DNA from: Eledone cirrhosa | Lineage: Eukaryota | Length of the DNA: 64,000 nucleotides | Assembly: GCA_964016885.1 (NCBI GenBank) | Contig: OZ024741.1 | Span: 34,534,001-34,598,000, forward strand | Direction of reading: 5' to 3' | Shown here: piece after piece, positions 24,194 to 35,757 of the stretch | Layout: each line of letters begins with the position of its first letter | How positions within the stretch are numbered: position 1 is the first letter of the stretch | Notes under the pieces: generated by a model | Databases searched by the model: none | Told to the model about the DNA's origin: nothing | What the model saw: only the letters and a program-made list of their open reading frames with translations | Made by a program: the position numbers and the translations under genes

Positions 24194-27031
24194 TTAGCTG
24201 TAGTGTTGGCGGATCTCGGGAAGCATGGAGGCCTTAAAGGATGCAGTGTCTCGACAGCTAACAACTGATGCAGGTAGTTTGTTCCATGCTTCAGCAACTC
24301 TGAGCGTGAAAAAATGTTTCCGAAAGTCATGGGAACTGTGCTGTTTTCTTACTTTGTGGGCATGTCCATGTGTGTTAGACACATGGAAATCGAAAAGGCA
24401 CTCAGGGTTGTTGTTGGCAACATGGTTAACAATTTTGTGGGTGTTTACCAAGTCAGTTGCCAGGCGTCGGAGCTTCAATGAATCCATGCCCAGGGAAGCA
24501 AGGCGCTCAGAGTATGGTAGATGCCTGATGGAGGGTATTCGCTTGGTTGCACGTCTCTGAACAGTTTCCAGGTGGTCAATGTCCTGAGCAAGATAGGGGT
24601 TCCAGACTGGTGATGCAAATTCTAAGTGTGGTCGCACCATAGCTGTATACAGCCTTAAATAGATATCTGGAGAGCGGCTGACAAAGGTCTTGCTGAGTGA
24701 TGCTAAGACACCCTCGGCCCTCTTGACAATTTTAGAGACGTGCCTCATCCAACGCAAATCGCTGCTGACCGTAATGCCCAGGTCATGTTCACAGGAAGAC
24801 TTCTTGATATTAGTGCTGTGGAGGGAGTATGTGGACGCTGGGTTTTTACTCCCAAAATGCATGGTGGTGCACTTGTCCACAGCTAGCTTGAGTTGCCAGT
24901 CTGAGATCCACTGTTGCATTGTGTCCAGGTCAGACTGCAAGCAAGATCTATAGTGTTCAGGATCTGTCCTTTTTATCTCAAGGTACAGCTTGATGTCGTC
25001 TGCGTACTTTAGTACTGTGGCATTCCTTAAGTTGGCATCTATGTCATTAATATATGCCACAAACAAAAGGGGGCCAAGAACAGATCCCTGAGGTACACCA
25101 GATGACATCTCATATGGTGAGGAATGCTGTCCCAGAACCGTGACTACCTCTCTTCGACTGAGAATGAAGGACTTCAACCAGTTAAAAAGATCATCCTTCA
25201 CACCCATTGCAGAGAGTTTTGCCATAAGCCTTTTGTGTGGCACAGAATTGAAGGCCTTCGCAAAGTCAAGGTAAACAACATCCACCCATGAGCCGCCATC
25301 AGTGATCCGGGTGATGTCCTCAAGAAACTCTATAAGTTGATCACAGCAGCTGGAGTTGGGGATAAATCCAAATTGCGAGGGCCGGATAAGACTGTGAGAG
25401 CTCCAGAAGTTCCAAAGTGTTTCTCTGACACAGGATTCCATCAGTTTGGCGATGCAACTAGTAAGACTGACTGGACGATAGTTCACAGGTGATGTGCGGT
25501 CACCCTTTTTGAACAGAGGAATGACACTGGCAGTTTTCCACTGTTCTGGAGTAGCACTGTTGTTCAGACAGAATTGGAAGAAGCGTGATAACTGGTGTAG
25601 AAGGAAGTACCCACCACGTTTAAGAAGCAGGTACGTAACACCATCAAGACCAGGAGAGGCATGGTTGCGTTTATTTTTTAGGTGACGTCGCAGCATTGCA
25701 GGTGTAAATTCCATGGTTGTAATAGAGTCCGGTGTCATAGGTGGTGGAGATGGTACACTCTGGTCTTCAATGGTGAAAATGCCTGCATAGCATTCAGCAA
25801 TGAGCTCTGCGCATTCCTTGGGGTCGTCAGTAACCTGGCTTGTGTGGGGATTGCGAAGAGGACCAACTGGAGAGTGAGGCCTCTGCTTTGAGTGAACATA
25901 CTTCCAGAACACCTTACTGTCAGGGCTGGTTGCTATGCACTGCTCAAATTGAAGCACTGCCTTTTTTGTCACCTGTTTGAGGTGGTTGGACGATCTATTT
26001 CGCCTCTTCCTATTAATGTCTGATTTGTGAAGTTTGTACTCACGTTCAGCATTGCGCCGTTCTTTTCTGGCAAGACGGACTGCTGCAGTCTCCCAAATTG
26101 CGCTTTTAGGATGTTTTTTCCGCTTACGTGGCACCGATGCTGCATATGCTGTCCATATTGAGCTCAGGATGTTCTGGAGTACAGTGTTGACATCTCCAGA
26201 GTCATAGAACTCAAGCCAGTTTGGCCGTTGCAACTCGGTGCAGTAACAGTTCCAGTCTGCTTTATTCCAGTCAAAGTGAGCAGTTTGGAGATGGTTGTGG
26301 TTCTTGTTACTGCCCATGAGGGATAGATTGGCAATGATCATAGCATGATCAGAGTCACCTAAAGGTTCCTCAGCAGTAACACTAATGACCGTTTCAGGAG
26401 TAGTGGTGAAGAGTAGGTCCAAAGTGTTGTCACCTCTCGTTGGGGAGGTGACCACCTGGGACCAACTCGAGTCCAGCACCAGCTCAAGGAAGTCATTTGC
26501 ACTTGGCGGCCAACGAAAGGTCTCCCAGTCAATCTCAGGGTGATTGAAGTCACCTGCAATGAAAACATAAGTGGCTGTCTTCCTGGCAGCAGCTCTGAGG
26601 ATATCACAAAGTTGAGTGTCCTGATGGTAATTTGGGGGACGGTAAACGACTCCAAGTAGCAGTGTTGACATGGTCATACGTATATCGCAGAAAAAAACTT
26701 CCTGCTGTGATTGGTTCAAATCAGCACAAGGAATTGCCGACAGATTTGACCGAACGTAGACCATTACACCACCACCACCACGATTAATACGGTCTTTACG
26801 AAACAGGTTGTAGCCAGTCATGCTGAAAACCCCATCACAGAGTAAGGGATGTGCCCAAGTTTCCGTGACTGTAATGAAGTCCGGGTTGATACTTTTGACG
26901 TAGGAGTCAAAAAGATGAATCTTATTGCATAGACTACGTGCATTCAAGGACAACAGTTTGTACTTTGATTCCAGTCTATGATTATGTGCAGGGGATGGCA
27001 GGTTGTTCTGATTTAGTTTCCCAGAGTTTTT
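24194..27031 (-). CDS. LINE ORF2 (APE endonuclease plus reverse transcriptase), no AUG start
   Basis: Motifs LNARS, TETW, GDFN, SDH (APE) and YRPVSLTS, DFAKAF, GVPQGSVLGP, YADD (RT). Frame is open from 27031, i.e. -1 relative to ORF1. Confidence 0.93.
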   Translation of the reverse strand, partial: KNSGKLNQNNLPSPAHNHRLESKYKLLSLNARSLCNKIHLFDSYVKSINPDFITVTETWAHPLLCDGVFSMTGYNLFRKDRINRGGGGVMVYVRSNLSAIPCADLNQSQQEVFFCDIRMTMSTLLLGVVYRPPNYHQDTQLCDILRAAARKTATYVFIAGDFNHPEIDWETFRWPPSANDFLELVLDSSWSQVVTSPTRGDNTLDLLFTTTPETVISVTAEEPLGDSDHAMIIANLSLMGSNKNHNHLQTAHFDWNKADWNCYCTELQRPNWLEFYDSGDVNTVLQNILSSIWTAYAASVPRKRKKHPKSAIWETAAVRLARKERRNAEREYKLHKSDINRKRRNRSSNHLKQVTKKAVLQFEQCIATSPDSKVFWKYVHSKQRPHSPVGPLRNPHTSQVTDDPKECAELIAECYAGIFTIEDQSVPSPPPMTPDSITTMEFTPAMLRRHLKNKRNHASPGLDGVTYLLLKRGGYFLLHQLSRFFQFCLNNSATPEQWKTASVIPLFKKGDRTSPVNYRPVSLTSCIAKLMESCVRETLWNFWSSHSLIRPSQFGFIPNSSCCDQLIEFLEDITRITDGGSWVDVVYLDFAKAFNSVPHKRLMAKLSAMGVKDDLFNWLKSFILSRREVVTVLGQHSSPYEMSSGVPQGSVLGPLLFVAYINDIDANLRNATVLKYADDIKLYLEIKRTDPEHYRSCLQSDLDTMQQWISDWQLKLAVDKCTTMHFGSKNPASTYSLHSTNIKKSSCEHDLGITVSSDLRWMRHVSKIVKRAEGVLASLSKTFVSRSPDIYLRLYTAMVRPHLEFASPVWNPYLAQDIDHLETVQRRATKRIPSIRHLPYSERLASLGMDSLKLRRLATDLVNTHKIVNHVANNNPECLFDFHVSNTHGHAHKVRKQHSSHDFRKHFFTLRVAEAWNKLPASVVSCRDTASFKASMLPEIRQHYS

Positions 27032-28191
27032 TCAGTTTCTTTATTGTCAGTTGTTGTGGGTACACTGTTTTCAGACCAGCTGGTGTCTCTTTTCCATGAT
27101 TCGCCAGCCTTAACAAACTTCCATATCTGCCCATCATCTCGTAGGCTGAAGCTTTCATGTTCTGCCGAGCTGCGGTTTAGGGAAGCTGCAGCACGCAACT
27201 TTGGGCGGACATCAGGTGGAAGACCAGGACGTGTTCGGAAAGCAATCCGACTTTCACGCCTAGCTTTATCAGAGGCTACAAGGTATGAACGTGCCTCAGC
27301 TGAGTTTGAAAACGACAGTCTAATTAACCTGGGTTTCGGGCCTGGTCGGCCAAGGCGTAGAGCACCCTTTGCGGAAGCACAGCCCAGGCCTTTTGATGAA
27401 CTGGCAGCAAATGCCTGAAGATCAACTATGTCTTCCGGCACACCAATGGCAATCACTTCGTGGTTTGCAGATTCAGTGGCATTCTCAATGCGTCTAGGTT
27501 CAACATGAGGTACGCGGAGATTTTTTAACAAGGCACTCCGGTAAGATCCCTCATTGTGCGGTTCTACACGAACGCTTGATTTTATTTCCGCTATTTCTTG
27601 ACTTAAAGTGGAAATCATTTGCCGTATTTCCTCAAACTCCGTATTGACGGTCGTCGGTTGTTGTTGTTGAAAAGTAACGGGTGAGGAAGACATGGGTTGC
27701 TGTTGTTGATGAAGTCCTTCAACGGGGGTAGTAGCAGAAGCTACGGTCGTTGGTTTTTGCTGTTGTTCAGCGACAATGGTAGAGGAAGACACGATCCTCG
27801 GTTTTTGTTGTTGTTGTTCAGGAACAATGGTAGAAGACACGATCTTCGGTCTTTGTTGTTGTTCCGCAGCAATGGGAGAAGCAGGCATACAGTCCAGGCA
27901 CTGAAAGGACCAGTTTGTTAGCTGGACCATCTCCCAGAGTCTATCCATCGTAGCAATGTGATGTTTCTTATTTTGGCTTGGGATCTTCTGGAAGCCTGTG
28001 GCGCATTGAAGGCAGACAGAGATGCGACAGGTTCCACATTCGACCCAACGATTACGGAACGAGTTTTTGGGTTCCGTACAGATATGGCAGGTGTGATCTT
28101 CCGGGCAATGTTCTATTTTTGGACATCGACCAGTTTTGTCGCAAATTTCATCGATGGATATCACCATGGCAATTTTGTTATTTCTACCCAT
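27013..28191 (-). CDS. LINE ORF1 (392 aa): Cys-rich PHD-like finger, Q-rich repeats, coiled coil, RRM-like region
   Basis: ATG of MGRNNK at 28191. Cys pattern CxxC-x13-CxxC-x4-CxxC...CxxC. Contains GALRLGRPGPKPRLIRLSF. Ends GN-stop. Confidence 0.82.
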   Translation of the reverse strand: MGRNNKIAMVISIDEICDKTGRCPKIEHCPEDHTCHICTEPKNSFRNRWVECGTCRISVCLQCATGFQKIPSQNKKHHIATMDRLWEMVQLTNWSFQCLDCMPASPIAAEQQQRPKIVSSTIVPEQQQQKPRIVSSSTIVAEQQQKPTTVASATTPVEGLHQQQQPMSSSPVTFQQQQPTTVNTEFEEIRQMISTLSQEIAEIKSSVRVEPHNEGSYRSALLKNLRVPHVEPRRIENATESANHEVIAIGVPEDIVDLQAFAASSSKGLGCASAKGALRLGRPGPKPRLIRLSFSNSAEARSYLVASDKARRESRIAFRTRPGLPPDVRPKLRAAASLNRSSAEHESFSLRDDGQIWKFVKAGESWKRDTSWSENSVPTTTDNKETEKTLGN

Positions 28192-29329
28192 CCGTAGAAA
28201 AACACAGAATGTAAACAATATAGGTTTAGCGCACTTGATTACGATAGAAATAAAATGTCTGTTTTTTTGTGTATTTTGTTTCCGTTTTCCTAAATGTTAT
28301 GTGTGTGTAGAAGAGTCTGTGCATGTAAACAAATAAATATGCTGCGTAAGTTAAATGAAACGTACTGTAGAAGGCAGTTGTTTATTAACAGCGAATAACG
28401 TTTTTTTTTGTTTTTTTTCCCCCTGATACTGCTTCTTTATAGTAAACTTTCAATAATATTTTTTTTTCAAATTATTAACTTTCAGCTGCTAGTATATATA
28501 TATAATTAAAAGGTGTATGTGGGTTAGAAGCGAAGTCAATGTTAAGAAATATTTTACCAATGTAAATTGGTAAAATTGGCCGGTATAGTGTCTCACACGC
28601 AATGGTGTGGTTTCTTTTCACGTGTGTGTATATGCATATGGTATGTATCTGTATATAAATCTGCGTTATATTGTTGTTTATATGTTTTGTGGAGTACTTA
28701 CTGCGATCCTTAAGGGATGTAGTGATTTGTTTTGTTTTTTTTTCTTTTTTCCCCGTCCATGTCCACACGTGGTTTGTTGGCGAAAATCAAGTCAAATTAT
28801 ATATACTTCGTTAAGATAATTCTATCTTGAAACTGGTACTATTTGTCAGGGAACAGTGAAAGTAATTGTAATAATGAATATTGTAATCCATCTGACATGT
28901 GTTTAAAGGGCAGTTTTTGGTGAAAATATTATATTTTGTTTGGTCAAGACGTGGTCAAGCGACCTTCCTTGTCGCCATTTTTCCTTTAGATGAACATATA
29001 TCAGTTAGTACTTGAGAATGATCATGCACACTTTTTAGGACCTCTACTTCCCAAATCAAGCAAACTTGCTGAAAAAGAGATATACTACCTGCCAGTTATA
29101 ACACTAGGTAGTAATGTCACCACTTTTTCAGTGACAGGAGGTGGGATTTGAACTCAGAAAACAAAGCTAGAACAGATTACGCCCCACCACTGGATTGGTA
29201 CTTTATTTATTATTCCCAAAAGGATGAAAGGGAATGTTTGACCCCAGTTAGATTTGAACGACCAGCGTTTCTTGCTCCATGAGATGGACTCCATAACAAC
29301 ACATCACCTGCTATTTCTTCCTTGCTGCG

Positions 29330-29495
29330 CCAACAGTGGAGCAAGAAACACTGGTCGTCCCAAGAAGACATACGTCAAGCAACTTGAGGACGATACTGGA
29401 TGCACTGCGGAAGAACTGGCAAACGCTATGAGAGACAGAGATGGATGGAGGAAACGTGTCGTAGAAAGCCGAGCAAGCTCGACCTGATGATGATG
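29330..29495 (+). mobile_element. 3' end of another RTE-like LINE; related piece at about 34395-34570
   Basis: GRPKKTYVKQLEDDTG...MRDRDGWRKRV followed by (TGA)n. Confidence 0.65.
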
Positions 29496-29651
29496 TTAAT
29501 GATTTGAAAGGACTGGAACAAATACTAAAGCATTTAATCCAACGTTCTATTAACTTTGCCAATTTGTTGTTTGTGAAAAGGAAACAGAGAAAAGGGGGGA
29601 TAGAAAGAGATCAGAAAAATAAAAATAAATTCTGTATGGCAGAACACTTAC

Positions 29652-29815
29652 CTCAATAGGACTTTGGTTATCATGGGTCTGGTCAAAGAAAATAGCATGA
29701 GCCATAGTATTAACAAGAGGCTTGATCTGAGGTTGGATGAATGAACCAACCGGCTGACCACCATATCGGTGAACAAGACGACCAAGTTCATGGGCATCCC
29801 AAGCAGCAAGGGATT
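29652..29815 (-). CDS. AGL: AGL exon (164 nt) with the DQTHDN motif
   Basis: ttcag acceptor, gtaagt donor. Encodes [25 protein letters not shown]...[13 protein letters not shown]. Confidence 0.95.
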
Positions 29816-31296
29816 CTGAACAGAAACAAAGAAAAATAAAATAAAAAAGTGTAGATTTATGATGATTAATCAAGAGATATACTAGTGAGGTTGAATATTA
29901 GACAGAATAGCTGCAAAGTTAAGGTACTGAATAATTGATCACATAATCAAGAGTTCAAAATTTACTATGACTAAAGTGTTGTTGTTACTTACATTAGATT
30001 CACTAGAGCTATTATTAATTCTTTTGACATCAAACCACCTAAAACTGTCCCAGCTTTTACAATAGCAAATTTTATTTTAAATTGTTTCTAAACTTTATGA
30101 ATTATCAAAACATGGCATTCAAGAGATACTGAGTTCAATTCCTCATAGGCACTTCTGTCCACCTTTTTCAATCACTAAGGGTAATCTACTTATTTTTCTC
30201 AATTATTATTTGGAGTGATCAACTGTTATTACAATTATTTTCTGCATATGGGACCTTCACATTTATATTGTTTATACTCATCTTATATTGTTTATACTCC
30301 ATCAAAATTTTATGTAAGAACCTTTAAGTTAGGCTTCAAATGACAACTTGAAATTGTAAAAGTTAGTTATAATATTTACACCCTCAAAATGAATTGAAAA
30401 TCATAGGCTGGGCCTTTCATTAGGAATATATATGGTTGTGCTGTTGCTTCAACAAAAAGCACCCCCCACCATTCTGTAAGGTGTTGGTGCTGGAGTCACA
30501 ACAAAATGCTTCCAGTACATGCTGTTGGTTGGTATTTGGAAGAGCATCCAATTATAGAAACCATTCTGTTGAACCCCACTTTCACCATCATCATTCCACC
30601 TTCATAAAGAACATATATATAAGAAGAGATTTTGAGAGAAAATTATCATATGTTCTCACTGCCCATAGAATATGAGAACAAACTTTAAAAATATTTAATA
30701 CTATTGACATACCAATCAAAACTGGTAATATTTGACAAAACTTAAATCCATTAAATGTAATGATTATAAAAATAGTTATGCTATTCGATTTTTATGGACC
30801 ATTACCCCCTTTTTCAACACTATACAGTTTATGTTAAATTATGTTCCAAATATCAGCTAAATAATGGCTTCTGATTTAGGCACAAGGCCAGCAATTTTTT
30901 GGGGAAGGGAAAGTCGATTAAACCAACTCCAGTGCATTACTGGTGCTTTATTTTATTCACCTCCGTAAGGATGAAAGGCAAAGCTCAAGTCGGTGGGATT
31001 TGAACTTAGAATGTAAAGGGCCGTAACTATATGCTACAAAGCTTGTCTACTGCTCAACCAATACTGCTATTCCACCACCCTTATATCAGGTTAATAATGA
31101 AAAGGTTAAGCTGTACTACAAAATTCCTTCAAATTCTTCTTTATTTTCAAAATAAATTGTATATTTGATTGGAAATATGATAACAAAAGTGTTAATCAAA
31201 CAATGTGTGAACATTAAATACCCAGATATGAAAAAATATAAGAATGATTGTTAAAAATCAAAACACAAAAAAAAACAGGAAAAACCTCAAACATAC

Positions 31297-31420
31297 CACG
31301 AATTAGGGAGTTAATACCCAGACGGTTCATGAAAAGGTTGTCTGTTGCCTCACTGCTTGTGAAGAGTTCAGCAGTAACATAGAGGTTTGGCCGAATGGCA
31401 CGTGCAGCATCCATCATATA
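31297..31420 (-). CDS. AGL: AGL exon (124 nt) with the acid/base motif AELFT
   Basis: tgtag acceptor, gtatgt donor. Encodes [24 protein letters not shown]...LGINSLIR. Confidence 0.95.
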
Positions 31421-32254
31421 CTACAAACAAAAGAAATAATTTTAAAAATCAACTCCTATAGGCAAGTATAGACCATAGAAAGGTTTGATAACTTCTCAGG
31501 CCAATCAGTTCCGCAGATGCAAATCAAGGTCCTCTGATCTGATCTCTCACAAGGGGACTGTCCGTCCTACCCATGCTAGTGTGGAAAATGGACTTTAAAC
31601 AATGATATTGATAATGATATATTTCTCCTTTGTCCTCTCTCTCACTCTGTTCCCTTCTTCTCCACTCTTTCCTTATTTTTCCCACTATCTCTCACCTAAC
31701 AGCCTCTGCCTACCGTGACACCATTTATTAACTTGGAGCTTTAGTAAGCTTTATTTCTTCTCATTGATGAAAATCAATTTTCCCCTGTTTCAGGAATCTC
31801 TTGTTGCACACATACATACACTGTTTATTATTGGTTTATTTCTAGCAATAATTTTCTATGTATTTATCTCTCTTTTTTTTCAAAAGACAACTGTAAATTT
31901 TCCTGTCCTTCCTTTGTTTGTTATCATCTCACATGCATCTGACCAACAGACAGGTCATCTAATCTGATGTGCAAACTGGCATCAGACGTGCAGTACCACC
32001 TTAATGCCTGAAACTGTACTGCCAGCAAGGTGGCTGATGAGGTAAAGATGCAACTGTTGTGTGTCTTACGTACCTGTGTGCATTTTCTGATAATATATAT
32101 ATATGCTAGTGTGGAAAATGGATGTTAAACGATGATGATGATGACATTATATATATATATATATATGCAAAAAGTAAACGGAAATAAAAGAAAGCAATCA
32201 ACATAGTACAATGAGGAAATATATTAGTTTAACGCTTGATATAATAGGAAAAGA

Positions 32255-32292
32255 GTCTTTAAGTTTCAAACACTAGCCCTTCATCAGAAGAC
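32255..32292 (-). ncRNA. Degenerate minimal hammerhead
   Basis: GUCUU-CUGAUGA-AGGGC UAGU GUUU-GAAA-CU-UA-AAGAC. Stem I is perfect; stem II is mostly G-U pairs. Confidence 0.5.
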
Positions 32293-32464
32293 AGAATGAG
32301 AAATAAAAGAGGAAATAGAAAGATAGAGGAAATAGAAAGAAGAGGAAAGAACCCAAAACAATATTTTTTTGAGAAAACACGTGTGTATTCAGTCAGCCAT
32401 TTATGAGAAATATATATATATATATATATATAATTATATATATATATATATATAATTATATATA

Positions 32465-32506
<42 letters not shown>

Positions 32507-32510
32507 TATA

Positions 32511-33287
32511 TCATCATCATCATCATCGTTTAACGTCCGTGTTCCATGCTTGCATGGGTTTGGACGGGAGTTTTCCCACTTGAGGCAAGAGTGGTTGTCT
32601 TGCTCGCATAGGACTGTCTGGCGGGTTTTCTACAGTTGGATGCCCTTCCTAACACCAACCACATTTACAGTGTGGGGCTGGGAGGTTTTTACCGTGTTGC
32701 CTACATGGCCACATTACAGCGTGGACTGTCTGGCAGGTTTTCTACAGCTGGATGCCCTTCCTAACACCAACCACATTTACAGTGTGGGACTGGGAGGTTT
32801 TTACCGTGTTGCCTACACGGCCACATTACAGCGTGGACTGTGTGTTTTTTTGTCGTGACACGTACACGATCTCATTTGTTTCGGCCTGGATTTTGTGGCA
32901 CCAACATAACTTTACATTGAAAGGGGCGGTGTGGATGTGGTGGGGGTGGTGAGATGGGGGTGTATTTTGTTAGAGATGCCTACTGACTGTAGTAGGTTTT
33001 ACTTTGTATTTAGGTAACGCGGGTCTTCTCTATTACTGAGTACCGCCAAAGCTCTCGGTCCAGTGACATTGTCTTGGAGAGGTGTAAGTGTGTGAGGTCG
33101 GAATTTATCAGCTCATCCCAGGTTTTTCTGGGTCTGCCTACTCCGTGGCTACCGTCTATCTTTATTGCCCTGCACTTTGCTATACAGCTGTCGTCTTTCA
33201 TGCGCATCACGTGACCATACCAACGTAGCCTTCTCTCGAGTAAACAACATCTGATCCCTCTTATTTCTAATTTTTTCCTTAGTTCGT
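32511..33287 (-). mobile_element. RTE 3' fragment
   Basis: LRWYGHVMRMKDDS...GRPRKTW, 3' UTR with an internal duplication, (GAT)n tail. Confidence 0.85.
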
Positions 33288-33588
33288 AATTATATATATA
33301 TATATATATATATATAATTATATATATATAATTATATAATTATATATATATAATGATATATATATATATATAATTATATAATTATATATATATAATTATA
33401 TATATATATATATAATTATATAATTATATATATATAATTATATATATATATATATAATTATATAATTATATATATATATAATTATATAATTATATATATA
33501 TAATTATATATATATAATTATATATATATAATTATATATATATATATAATTATATATATATATATATATATAATTATATATATATATA

Positions 33589-33668
<80 letters not shown>

Positions 33669-33680
33669 TATATATATATA

Positions 33681-34162
33681 TCATCATCATCATCATCATC
33701 AACGTTTAACGTCCGTGTTCCACGCTTGCATGGGTTTGGACGGGGGTAGTCCCACTTGAGGCAAGAGTGATTGTCTTGCTCGCATAGGACTGTCTGGCAG
33801 GTTTTCTACAGTTGGATGCCCTTCCTAACACCAACCACATTTACAGTGTGGGTCTGGGAGGTTTTTACCGTGTTGCCTACACGGCCACATTACAGCGTGG
33901 ACTGTGTGTTTTTTTGTCGTGACACCTACACGATCTCATTTGTTTCGGCCTCGATGGCGCGGCACCAACATAACTTTACATAGAACGGGGTGGTGTGGAT
34001 CGGGTGGGGGTGGGGGTGGTGGGACGGGGTGTATTTTGTTAGAGATGCCTACTGGCTGGAGTAGGTTTTACTATATATTTAGGTAAGGCGGGTCTTCTCT
34101 GTTACTGAGTACCGCCAAAGGTCTCGGTCCAGTGACATTGTCTTGGAGAGGTGTAAGCGTGT
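33681..34162 (-). mobile_element. RTE 3' UTR fragment
   Basis: Highly similar to the 3' end of 32511-33287 and 45453-46827. Confidence 0.85.
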
Positions 34163-34245
34163 ATATATATATATATAATTATATATATATATATATATAT
34201 AATTATATATATATATATATATATAATTATATATATATATATATA

Positions 34246-34281
<36 letters not shown>

Positions 34282-34576
34282 TATATATATAATTATATAT
34301 ATATATATATAATTATATATATATATATATAATTATATATATATATATATATATATATAATTATATATATATATATATAATTATATATATATCCTTTGGG
34401 AGCCCCTACATGGACACACTAGAAGAGGAAGACCAAGGTTAACATATGTTGATGCCCTAAGGACAGACACTGGTCTGTTGGAGATGCAGGATATGGCAGC
34501 GATAATGAGGGACAGAGACCGCTGGAGAGAACTCGTCCATGGATCTCGGGAATTTTACCCGCCTTAGATAGATAGA

Positions 34577-35757
34577 TATATATATATAATTATATATATA
34601 TATATATAATTATATATATATAATTATATATATATAATCATATATATATAATCATATATATATAATCATATATATATAATCATATATATATAATTATATA
34701 TATATATAATTATATATAATTATATATATATATAATTATATATAATTATATATATATATAATTATATATATATAATTATATATATATATAATTATATATA
34801 TATAATTATATATATATAATCATATATATATAATCATATATATATAATTATATATATATAATCATATATATATAATTATATATATATATATATAATTATA
34901 TATAATTATATATATATATAAATATATAATTATATATATATATAATTATATATAATTATATATATATATAATTATATATATATATAATTATATATAATTA
35001 TATATATATATAATTATATATATATATAATTATATATAATTATATATAATTATATATATATATAATTATATATATATATAATTATATATAATTATATATA
35101 TATATAATTATATATATATATAATTATATATATATATAATTATATATATATATAATTATATATATATAATTATATATATATGATTATATATATATATAAT
35201 TATATATATATGATTATATATATATATATATAATTATATATATATATATATAATTATATATATATATAATTATATATATATATAATTATATATATATATA
35301 ATTATATATATATATAATTATATATATATATATATAATTATATATATATAATTATATATATATATAATTATATATATATATATATAATTATATATATATA
35401 TATATAATTATATATATATATATATAATTATATATATATATATATAATTATATATATATATATATAATTATATATATATATATATAATTATATATATATA
35501 TATATAATTATATATATATATATATAATTATATATATATATATATATAATTATATATATATATATATAATTATATATATATATAATTATATATATATATA
35601 TATAATTATATATATATATATATAATTATATATATATATATATAATTATATATATATATATATATAATTATATATATATATATATATAATTATATATATA
35701 TATATATATATAATTATATATATATATATATAATTATATATATATATATATATAATT
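34577..35757. repeat. (TA)n/TAAT compound microsatellite; also 33287-33680, 34162-34392 and 37305-37825
   Basis: Direct reading. Confidence 0.97.

Larger units (their letters stand above)
24094..28790 (-). mobile_element. Full-length CR1/L2-like LINE with both ORFs open (5' boundary approximate)
   Basis: ORF1 plus APE-RT ORF2, 3' hairpin GTAGTGC-ACCTGA-GCACT and a (TTA)n tail near 24094-24104. No clear TSD found. Confidence 0.9.

Noticed and set aside
28829-28838. GAAACTGGTA versus GAAATGGTA (24086-24094) as a TSD of the intact LINE
   Set aside because: Short, imperfect match; not enough to fix the 5' boundary.
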